Below the pieces are notes generated by a model. It saw only the letters and a list, made by a program, of their open reading frames with translations, searched no databases and was not told the origin of the DNA. Below, one piece after another: positions 28,057-36,264 of a stretch of 39,170 nt of DNA. The position numbers and the translations under genes were made by a program. This stretch comes from Rhodothermales bacterium. GTDB lineage: Bacteria; Bacteroidota; Rhodothermia; Rhodothermales; Bin80. Positions within the stretch are counted from its first letter, which is position 1. Each line of letters begins with the position of its first letter. The stretch lies in assembly GCA_012271185.1 (NCBI GenBank), contig JAAXGV010000207.1, forward strand, positions 1-39,170. The letters are read 5' to 3'.

Positions 28057-30050
28057 GATGCGTCTTGTTCCTTGCGGTTACGGTGCGCCAAGAGCGTTTC
28101 CAGAGCAAACAGCCCTAGAACAGCTATTATAGCGAAGCGCCACAGCTTATGCTTCTGTTCCGCCTCCTCGCCCGAAAAGGCAGCCTCGCCGGGTGTCGCG
28201 GCTGCCTCACCTATGCCGCCAACGATAGCGGCGTAGACCTCCCCTTCGCTTCGCGCGGTGAGAGCAGACTCGCGAGAGTCTGTGTTCACAGAAAAAGGGT
28301 AGGTATCCTCTCCCAGCACGGCCGTGTAGTGACCGGGCTCGTGCAGCTCCCGGAAGAGACCCGTCCCCGTGGTGTCCATCACCACCTTGTACACCTCGCT
28401 GCCTGGTGTGCTGACATCCCAGGCAGCGCCCGGTGTGCCATACAGAGGCACCGCATCGCCTACAGTGAACTGCCTGGGCCGCTCCGTTAGAGTGGTCGCG
28501 TATGAGGCAATCTGGTGGACAAGCGGAACATAGAGTTCGTGCAGCACCAGGTCGGTCCAGCCGGTACTGAAGCTGGAGGTATAGACGATCACCGTGCCCA
28601 GCCCGACCCGGCGCTCAATGACAAACGGGTCGCCGTTGTCGTAGCTGCCCAGCACCAGGCTCCCGGTGGCTGGCGTCACCTGCACGTATGTACGAAACTT
28701 CGGCCTGATCAGCGCGCTTGACCCAGCGAGGCTGGCGAAGATGGGGTGCTGGGCCTCGACCTGGCCGATGAAGGCGTCTTCGCCGGTATGCACAACACCT
28801 TCGAGGTGTCCTGTGCCAAGCTGCTCCAGCCCATAGTCGCTAGGTGCCAACGTATCCCCGAAAGAAAGCACAACGCCGCCGCCCCTGTCGGCGAAGGCCC
28901 GCAGGGCCGCCACCTGGGCCTGTGTGAGGCGTTCTGCGTTAGCAACAAACACAACATCATGCCGGTACAGCGCGGCGCCTGTGATTCGCTGGCCACGCTC
29001 AAAGTCGAAGCGGGACTGCTCTGCAAGCGCAAAGGCGCTGCGCAGAAAGAAGGCATCACGATCGGCGGCAACCGCCAGCACCGAGGGCCGGGAAGCCACC
29101 GCATAAGTGAAGTAGTGCCTGTTGTCCCTGTCCAGGTCGTCCCTGTCCAGCGCCAGGTAGCCCTGGTGCAGGCCTGCACGCGGTGCTGTATGCTGAAAAG
29201 TCACCGACCCAAGGCCTGGGGTGGCTGCAGGCTTCCGGTCGGCTGCACGGTTCCCCAGCACCAGGCTGATGCCGTCACCTGCTGCCAGCGCCAGGTGGCG
29301 GGCATCAAAGCGCGTGACGGTGGTTTCGCCGCGTTGGCGCATCGTGAGCGCAAAGTCGTCAAAGTACCGGTTGACGCGGTTGTCTTGTCCAACCTTAATA
29401 GGCTCAAATATGACACCGTCAGGCAAGGTGTACTCAGCCATGGAAGGGCTGAAGCCGTTCTGCTGCAGATCCGATATGAGCACGACGCGCTGCGACGCGT
29501 GCTGCGCTTCCATCAAGATATCCTCTGCCAGCTGAAACGCGGGAAAGAGGTCCGTGGCATGACTGGTTGGGCGCAGCGCCGGGATCGAGGCCTGCAGCAG
29601 ATCCCGGTCGCGGGTCAGTGGCACCAGCTGTGTCGCCTCGCCCGCAAATCCCACCAGGGCCAGCTCATCGCGCCCGTCGGACTGCGCCAGGATCTGGTCC
29701 AGCGCCTCCAGCGCTTCATCAAAGGTGTTCCCGGCCTGCATGCTCATCGACTGGTCGAACAGGATCACCACGGACTCATCTTCCCGCTGCGGGATAAAAG
29801 GTAGGCTTTCACGGATCATGTAGGGGCGGGCGAAGGCCGTGGCCAGGAGCACGATCATGGCCATACGCAGGGCGAGCAGCAGAATGTCGCGCAGCCTGCG
29901 CCGCCGGATACGCTCCATCGGTGTGGCCTGCAGGAACATCAGCGAGCTGAATGGCACCTCCCTGGCTCTCATCCTTCGCACAAGGTGAAAGAGCACAGGC
30001 AGCAGTGCTGCACTGGCAGCAGCCAGGAAGAGGGGCGAAAGAAAGGACAC
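28053..30050 (-). CDS. BatA N-terminal domain plus vWA domain membrane protein
   Basis: MSFLSPLFL...LPVLFHL...FSSLMFL...LLALR...AFARP (BatA N-terminus), DQSMS MIDAS, ISDLQ and a C-terminal TM helix. Confidence 0.85.
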   Translation of the reverse strand: MSFLSPLFLAAASAALLPVLFHLVRRMRAREVPFSSLMFLQATPMERIRRRRLRDILLLALRMAMIVLLATAFARPYMIRESLPFIPQREDESVVILFDQSMSMQAGNTFDEALEALDQILAQSDGRDELALVGFAGEATQLVPLTRDRDLLQASIPALRPTSHATDLFPAFQLAEDILMEAQHASQRVVLISDLQQNGFSPSMAEYTLPDGVIFEPIKVGQDNRVNRYFDDFALTMRQRGETTVTRFDARHLALAAGDGISLVLGNRAADRKPAATPGLGSVTFQHTAPRAGLHQGYLALDRDDLDRDNRHYFTYAVASRPSVLAVAADRDAFFLRSAFALAEQSRFDFERGQRITGAALYRHDVVFVANAERLTQAQVAALRAFADRGGGVVLSFGDTLAPSDYGLEQLGTGHLEGVVHTGEDAFIGQVEAQHPIFASLAGSSALIRPKFRTYVQVTPATGSLVLGSYDNGDPFVIERRVGLGTVIVYTSSFSTGWTDLVLHELYVPLVHQIASYATTLTERPRQFTVGDAVPLYGTPGAAWDVSTPGSEVYKVVMDTTGTGLFRELHEPGHYTAVLGEDTYPFSVNTDSRESALTARSEGEVYAAIVGGIGEAAATPGEAAFSGEEAEQKHKLWRFAIIAVLGLFALETLLAHRNRKEQDAS

Positions 30051-30053
30051 GAG

Positions 30054-30953
30054 CTACGTTCGGCGCCGGCTACGGGCAGAAAGATACTGAAACAGCGCCC
30101 CGTCCAGCGGGCGGTCTGTGGTGATCATGATGTAGTCTGTGCGCAGGAGTCCGCAGGCCCGCCGGATACGCTTCTGGAAGCGGCTGAAGTTCTCCTGATA
30201 GAGCTTGCGGGCGCTGCTGCCTTCGACAAGGAGCCGAGTGCCGGTTTCAAGGTCCCTGATCCGCATCACATCGTCGAAATCGAATGCGACCTCCTGCGGA
30301 TCCAGTATGTGAAAAATCAGCACCTCGTGTCCGCTGAATCTGAAGTGGCGCAGTGCCTCAATGAGCTGATCCGGATCGGACAGTAGGTCGCTCACCAGAA
30401 CAATGAACCCCCGCCGCTGCTGCTGATCCGCGATGGCGTGCAGCGGCTTGTCGAAAGAGGTACCCGTGCCCAGGGACAGGTTACTAAGACTGGTCAGCAG
30501 CGTGTGCAGGTGTCCTTTGCTGCTGCGCGGGGAGAGGGTTTCGCGGATGTCGTCGTCGAAGAGCACCAGGCCGGCGGCGTCCCGCTGGCGTATGGCCAGA
30601 TAGGCCAGCGAAGCGACCAGGTAGCAGGCGTATTCCAGCTTGCTTACGCTGTGTGACCGGTACCCCATGGAGCGGCTGGCATCCAGCACGAGGTGAACAC
30701 GCGTATTGGTTTCGCCTTCGAACTCTTTGACGAGGAAGCGGTCGGTCCGTGCGTAGACCTTCCAGTCCACCCGTCGCAGGTCGTCTCCGGGCACATAAGG
30801 CCGGTATTGCATGAAGTCCACACTGAACCCCTTGTAGGGGCTCCGGTGCAGGCCGGCGATGAAGCCTTCAACCACAGTACGGGCGAGCAGCTCCAGCCCG
30901 GAAAGGCGTGCCAGAACCTGGGGCAGGATAAATCGTGTGGCTGCGCTGGACAT
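30054..30953 (-). CDS. DUF58 family protein (MoxR-associated)
   Basis: GLHRSPYKGFSVDF...RPYVPGDDLRRVDWK...KEFEGET; DASRSM; VSDL. Confidence 0.92.
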   Translation of the reverse strand: MSSAATRFILPQVLARLSGLELLARTVVEGFIAGLHRSPYKGFSVDFMQYRPYVPGDDLRRVDWKVYARTDRFLVKEFEGETNTRVHLVLDASRSMGYRSHSVSKLEYACYLVASLAYLAIRQRDAAGLVLFDDDIRETLSPRSSKGHLHTLLTSLSNLSLGTGTSFDKPLHAIADQQQRRGFIVLVSDLLSDPDQLIEALRHFRFSGHEVLIFHILDPQEVAFDFDDVMRIRDLETGTRLLVEGSSARKLYQENFSRFQKRIRRACGLLRTDYIMITTDRPLDGALFQYLSARSRRRT

Positions 30954-30955
30954 CG

Positions 30956-31984
30956 TCAGTGGGTGTGCGCCATCTTCCAGAAGGCGATGCCGCCGGCCTG
31001 ACGCCCGACGTTCGCGGTGGCAACGCGCGTCAGCGCAGACAGATCAATGACATCTACGGTGCCAGGCTCACTCCCAACACCTTCGGCAGTAACAAAAGCA
31101 TACCGCCCATCCGGTGAAATGGTTACGCCATGCGGGATGCTGCGCGTGCTCGCCAAGCGGGCAATTTCCAGGCCGGTGGTCACATCGTATATCCCGATAG
31201 CCGCTGCGCCTTTCAGTGTAACAACCATGCGGCGGCCGCTTGGCGTTACCGCAAGGTTGTAGGGGGCGCCATCCGCGGGGATGCGCCTGGTGATCTTCCA
31301 GGCTGTGACATCCACCTCGATGATCTCATCGCCGCCATTGTCGGCCACAAACACGCGGTCGGCATGCGGGTGGTGCACCACCCACGTGGGTTTTCTGCCG
31401 GTTGTGAGCGTGCGGGTCGCCTTTAATGATAGGGCGTCAACCTCGTGGAGGGTCCCGCCCATCATAGATACGGAGTAGTGCTTTGTGCCGTCCGGCGAGA
31501 GCCGCGACCCATGCGGCATCGCTCCTGTAGTGATCCGGCCCACTTCCATCATACGCTCAGGATCCACGACAGACACCGAGCTGGGTTCCATGGTGCCATG
31601 CAGGTTGAAGTTCGCCACGTAGAGCAGCCCCGTTGTCCGCGAAACCGACATGGTGGCCGGAAAAAGGTCCAGGGTCACGCTGCCTATCTTTTGGTCGGTG
31701 GTGGTATCATACTTGTCCACGGATCCGAACGGCTGCCCGTGTGCGAGGGATACGTACCAGTATCTTCCGTCCGGGCTTACAGCCAGTCCGTGGGGACCTT
31801 CGATCTCCGTGGGGATATTACCTACGGGAATGGTCCTGACAGACGCAGCAGTCTTCTGGTCAAAACGTACCAGTGAGACGGTGTCATCCGACTCATTGGC
31901 CACGTAAACGTAGTACTGCTGGGCGCTGGTGCGGTTGCTGCATACCAGGAGCAGCAGTGCCAGGAGGGGCGTTGGCGCAGGCAA
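30956..31984 (-). CDS. YncE/YVTN-type beta-propeller repeat protein, secreted
   Basis: YVANESDDTVS, repeated PHG..SPDGRY blades and an N-terminal hydrophobic signal. Start codon uncertain. Confidence 0.85.
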   Translation of the reverse strand: MPAPTPLLALLLLVCSNRTSAQQYYVYVANESDDTVSLVRFDQKTAASVRTIPVGNIPTEIEGPHGLAVSPDGRYWYVSLAHGQPFGSVDKYDTTTDQKIGSVTLDLFPATMSVSRTTGLLYVANFNLHGTMEPSSVSVVDPERMMEVGRITTGAMPHGSRLSPDGTKHYSVSMMGGTLHEVDALSLKATRTLTTGRKPTWVVHHPHADRVFVADNGGDEIIEVDVTAWKITRRIPADGAPYNLAVTPSGRRMVVTLKGAAAIGIYDVTTGLEIARLASTRSIPHGVTISPDGRYAFVTAEGVGSEPGTVDVIDLSALTRVATANVGRQAGGIAFWKMAHTH

Positions 31985-32013
31985 AGTGTCTGTCGTTATG
32001 TATCCGAGCGATT

Positions 32014-32670
32014 ATGCTGCTGTTCTACTGCACGTCCCTTGACCGGTTGCCTCGGCTGCGTGCATGCGGCGTCCGTGACGCCCTTTTGTGGCGTACGCTG
32101 GGCGATGCCCGCCTCCTCGCAAGTGAAGCCATTGTCGTAGCAGACGGCACAGGCTTGGGAGAGACCACAGATGAGGGTGGGCCTTCCCTGCGAGCACGCA
32201 AGGTGCCTGCCGCAGCCTTCGTGAACCTCTCCCCCTATCTGCCTCCTGCCTCCGTGCGGGCGGCAGGGGGTGTGGTACTTCGCAGCGGTGTATGGCCGCT
32301 GCAGGTGCTGCTCATACATCGTAAGGGATACTGGGACCTGCCAAAGGGCAAGTGTGTGCCCGGTGAGGTGCTGCGCGAATGTGCTGAGCGTGAGGTGCAG
32401 GAGGAGACAGGGATTGGCGAGCTCCGCACCTTTGGCTGCCTCGGAGCGACACGGCATGGATACGCGCAAGGTGGTGAGTATCACATCAAGCACACCTACT
32501 GGTACCATATGCAGAGCCCGGCCATAGCATTTACGCCGCAGGCAGACGAAGGCATCACAGGCGTGCGCTGGATGCGATGGGAGGAGGCGGTGTGTATGCT
32601 CGGCTATGAATCCCTTCAGCGCCTACTGCGAGGCGCTGCTGATGCGCTCGGCAGCACGGAGACAGGCTGA
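32014..32670 (+). CDS. NUDIX hydrolase with an extra N-terminal domain
   Basis: AAGGVV, WDLPKGK and Nudix box GEVLRECAEREVQEETGI. Start chosen at ATG 32014. Confidence 0.85.
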   Translation: MLLFYCTSLDRLPRLRACGVRDALLWRTLGDARLLASEAIVVADGTGLGETTDEGGPSLRARKVPAAAFVNLSPYLPPASVRAAGGVVLRSGVWPLQVLLIHRKGYWDLPKGKCVPGEVLRECAEREVQEETGIGELRTFGCLGATRHGYAQGGEYHIKHTYWYHMQSPAIAFTPQADEGITGVRWMRWEEAVCMLGYESLQRLLRGAADALGSTETG

Positions 32671-32915
32671 ATAACGCCTTCCACTGCACAAGCGGCGCTT
32701 CGCCGGTTCGGCCTTCGCTCAGGCTGTATCTGCCGCGCCTGCACCGGTGCTTGCATACAAGGCGGGAAGGGCCGATGCAAGGCTGTGCGAGGTTTGGCGG
32801 CGATGCCTTGCCGAGTCCTGATCAGACCAGAGCCATCCTCGTAGCTGCCTTCCAGCCCCCTGCACCGGCCTCGCACAGAGAGGGTTAGGAACCGCAAAAG
32901 GATGATGCTGGAAGC

Positions 32916-34085
32916 TCAGTGCTGACCCGGGAAAACGGCAGGGCTGTGCTGCGGCCGGGGTGGGTCCGTGCTGGTGACGAGGTCGTCCCCGCTCTTGAGC
33001 AGTCTGTCCAGGTCGCGCCCGACAAATTCATAGCGCCACCCGGAGCGGAGCGGGCTATGAAATCCCGCCACGTGAGCCTTTACCTCTTTCAGGGAGGCGA
33101 CCCGCTGAGGTGCCACGTGCCTGTTCTCCGCCCGTTCCCGCACGAATGCCGCAGCGGATGCCGCGCGCGCGGTGAATGCATCATCTGACGGCAGGCTGGG
33201 AGGTTCAGGGGGGTAGTCTTCCGGCGACAGTGCACGAACCGACTGCACTTCGAGAAGCAGCTCCTGGCCGTAGCGGCCAACGAAACCGTCTGGCAGATCC
33301 CGAATCCGTCCCAGATGGCGCAGGTTGCGTGGCAAACGTATCGCAATGGCCTTAACCGCGCCGTCAGGCAAGAGCCACCTCCGTGGCGTGTCCAGCTGCC
33401 GCGCCTTTGCTTCACGCCATGCTGCTACGGCTTGGATAGCTGCGCGCTGTTTGCCTGTGAGCCTGTTAAGCCTTCTAAACCTCAGGTACGCAGTGCGCAC
33501 ATCCGCAGGCGTGTACAGGGCGCGGTCGCTGTATCCCTGCATCTCTTCGGCCAGCCATGCCTCTCGTCCCAGCCTTGCTAGCCGTCCTTGGAGCACCTTG
33601 TAGGCTTGACACAGGTAGCGTACATCGTCACAGGCATAAGCCAGCTGCTTCGGACGCAGGGGGCGCCGGAGCCAGGCCGTTACCGTCTCCGACTTGTTAA
33701 GCACCTCATTGAGCAGAGCGGCAACAAGGCCTGCCAGTGAAACTTGCTTCGGCAGACCCACAAGGCTTGCCGCACACTGCGTGTCAAAAATGTTGCAGGG
33801 TACTGTTCCGGTGGTGTCATGCAGCAGTGCAAGGTCTGTTTCTGGAGCATGAAGCACCTTGACCACATCGTCGTGGCCAAGCAGCATGCCCAGCGGTGTC
33901 AGGTCTCTGATGACCAACGGGTCAATCACGGCCACATCCTCCGAATCCAGGGCGACCTGGATAAGCGCCAGCTTGGGATAGTATGAGTTGTGCGAAACAA
34001 ACTCTGTGTCCACCGCCGCCAGTCCGGTTGCAACGGCACGTGTAACCAGGGTGCGTAGCGCCTCGGATGTCGTAATCAAGTGCAT
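32916..34085 (-). CDS. rnd: Ribonuclease D
   Basis: AVDTEF, LALIQ, KVLHA, FDTQ, WLRRPL...YACDDV, HRDC region WREAKARQLD.P and C-terminal GWRYE. Start chosen at ATG 34085. Confidence 0.92.
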   Translation of the reverse strand: MHLITTSEALRTLVTRAVATGLAAVDTEFVSHNSYYPKLALIQVALDSEDVAVIDPLVIRDLTPLGMLLGHDDVVKVLHAPETDLALLHDTTGTVPCNIFDTQCAASLVGLPKQVSLAGLVAALLNEVLNKSETVTAWLRRPLRPKQLAYACDDVRYLCQAYKVLQGRLARLGREAWLAEEMQGYSDRALYTPADVRTAYLRFRRLNRLTGKQRAAIQAVAAWREAKARQLDTPRRWLLPDGAVKAIAIRLPRNLRHLGRIRDLPDGFVGRYGQELLLEVQSVRALSPEDYPPEPPSLPSDDAFTARAASAAAFVRERAENRHVAPQRVASLKEVKAHVAGFHSPLRSGWRYEFVGRDLDRLLKSGDDLVTSTDPPRPQHSPAVFPGQH

Positions 34086-34254
34086 CGAATGAAAAGCAGG
34101 TTGCTCAGGCTCCGGAGGCAGGCCCGTTCCGGAGCGGCATGCCACGATCCGGGATCACTGTGCAGGCAGACCTGCGGACCTCCGAAGAGCACACATCGTA
34201 AGAGAGCAACGCATTATCTTCTGCCCGACCAAGCCTCAGCTGCCCTGGAGCCCT

Positions 34255-34596
34255 ATGCCGTACGTCGTTGCCGAGCCGTGCATCAACTGCAAGCACACGG
34301 ATTGTGTGGAGGTGTGCCCCGTAGACTGTTTTTATGAAGGGCCCAATTTCCTTGTGATTCACCCGGACGAGTGCATTGACTGCAATGCCTGCGTTCCTGT
34401 CTGCCCGGTTGAGGCCATCTATCCTGACGATGAGCTGCCGGAGGAGTGGGAGCACTACATACAGTGGAACCAGTACCTTGCTGAAAAATGGCAGGAGGAT
34501 GGATATAACATCGTTGAGCGCAAGGAGCCGATGGACGATGCGGAGGAATGGAAAACAAAAGATAAGTCCGAAGAGCACATCCTTGATTGGGAGTAG
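34255..34596 (+). CDS. fdxA: 7Fe-type ferredoxin (FdxA family)
   Basis: [18 protein letters not shown] and [21 protein letters not shown]. Confidence 0.93.
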   Translation: MPYVVAEPCINCKHTDCVEVCPVDCFYEGPNFLVIHPDECIDCNACVPVCPVEAIYPDDELPEEWEHYIQWNQYLAEKWQEDGYNIVERKEPMDDAEEWKTKDKSEEHILDWE

Positions 34597-34745
34597 CCTT
34601 CCCAGGTACGCGTGTCAGCGTCTTTATGCCGCTGACTGGCCTGGCCAGTGCATGAAAGGGAGACTGGTGTACATGGTTCCAGTGCAGTCCTGGCATCTTA
34701 CCGCGCCACGCGGGCATCTGGCCTGAATGCCGGGCGTCAGCTCCC

Positions 34746-36023
34746 TCAGGTGCCTGCGGAGTAATCTGTCGCGTAGACAGTCTGTTCCGGGGTCAGCGTA
34801 TCAATCCTTAGGCCCATCGACTGCAGCTTCAAACCGGCGATATGCTGGTCAATGCTGCCGGGAAGGTTCATGACGGTGTTGGCGAGTGCCTCGCCGCGCT
34901 CATGCTGCTGCACCAGGCTGAGGTGCGCCATAAACTGGTTCGCGAAGCTCATATCCATCACTTCGGAAGGGTGGCCTTCCGCCGCAGCCAGGTTCACCAG
35001 CCGCCCCTCGGCCAGGACAAAAAGCTTGCGTCCATCGGACATGGTGTATTCCCGGTTGTCGGGCCGAATCACCCGTGAGCATGCCGATACCTCTGCGAGC
35101 TCCTTCAGGTTAAGCTCCACGTCATAGTGACCGGTGTTGCATACGACAGCACCATTCTTCATGGCCTCAAAGTGGCGTCCCCGTATGATGTCCTTCATAC
35201 CGGCCGCGGTAACGAACACATCACCAATGGCAGCGGCTTCATCCATGGGCATAACACGCATGCCTTCCAGCGTTGCCTTGAGGGCGGCGGTGGGTTTGAC
35301 CTCGGTCACGATGACATTGGCCCCCAGGCCTTTGGCGCGCATAGCCACGCCACGCCCGCAATGGCCATACCCTGCTACAACAAAGTTCTTTCCGGCCACC
35401 AGTATGCTGGTGGCGCGCAGGATCCCGTCCAGCGTAGATTGCCCTGTGCCATAAACGTTGTCGAAGTCCCACTTCGTTTCCGTGTCGTTTACGGCATAGA
35501 CAGGATAGAGCAGCTTCCCGTCCTGAGCCATCGCACGCAGGCGCTGCACACCGGTGGTCGTTTCTTCGCTGCCGCCGATAATGTGATCAGCCAGGTGTGG
35601 GAAGCGATGGTGCACCGTGAAGATGAGATCGGCACCATCATCCAGCGTCAGGTGGGGCGGCTTGTCAATGGTGCGGTCAATGCTCCAGTAGAATTCCTCC
35701 ACACTTTGGCCGTACCAGGCATAGATCTCAATCCCGTGCCTGGCAAGGGCGGCTGCCACCTCGTCGTTGGTCGAGAGCGGGTTGCACCCGCTCCAGGCCA
35801 CCTCGGCGCCGCATGCCGCGAAGCTTTCCACAAGCACGGCGGTTTCCTTCGTCACATGCAGGCAGCCGGTGATCTTGTAGCCCTTAAATGGCTGTGTCTT
35901 CGAATATTGGGCGCGCAGCCGGGCCAAAACCGGCATCCGGCTCTCTGCCCACTCAATACGCATCCGCCCGGCATCTGCCAAGGCTAGGTCCCGTACCTTA
36001 TACGCGCCTGCTTTGTGGTCCAT
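34746..36023 (-). CDS. ahcY: Adenosylhomocysteinase
   Basis: GCLHVTKET, LDDGADL, EETTTG, FDNVYGTGQS, GYGHCGRG and GRLVNLAAAEGHPSEVMDMSF. Start ATG 36023. Confidence 0.97.
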   Translation of the reverse strand: MDHKAGAYKVRDLALADAGRMRIEWAESRMPVLARLRAQYSKTQPFKGYKITGCLHVTKETAVLVESFAACGAEVAWSGCNPLSTNDEVAAALARHGIEIYAWYGQSVEEFYWSIDRTIDKPPHLTLDDGADLIFTVHHRFPHLADHIIGGSEETTTGVQRLRAMAQDGKLLYPVYAVNDTETKWDFDNVYGTGQSTLDGILRATSILVAGKNFVVAGYGHCGRGVAMRAKGLGANVIVTEVKPTAALKATLEGMRVMPMDEAAAIGDVFVTAAGMKDIIRGRHFEAMKNGAVVCNTGHYDVELNLKELAEVSACSRVIRPDNREYTMSDGRKLFVLAEGRLVNLAAAEGHPSEVMDMSFANQFMAHLSLVQQHERGEALANTVMNLPGSIDQHIAGLKLQSMGLRIDTLTPEQTVYATDYSAGT

Positions 36024-36264
36024 ATGAAATCTGGTGTGCGTGCCGCTGCAACGATCTGAGCCCGGAGCCGTTTCCCGGATGAAGATGAAGAGGTCTTCAA
36101 GATTGCCCCCTACAGAGGTCTTTGCGGTGCGGGGAGCAGCGGACTGGCCTGGAGCGTGGCCCGTCATCCGCGTCGGGTTCCAGCGCAGACCGCCCCAGCC
36201 TGGGCGCAGGATGCATGGGCCGGGACTGTTTGCCGGAGGCTGTACTGCCCGCAAGCGGTAACGC

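Noticed and set aside
36024-36264. SAH riboswitch upstream of ahcY
   Set aside because: Expected from context, but I could not find the GAGGAGCG/CAGGCUC/CGCUC-type elements in the right order on the minus strand. An Infernal search would settle it.
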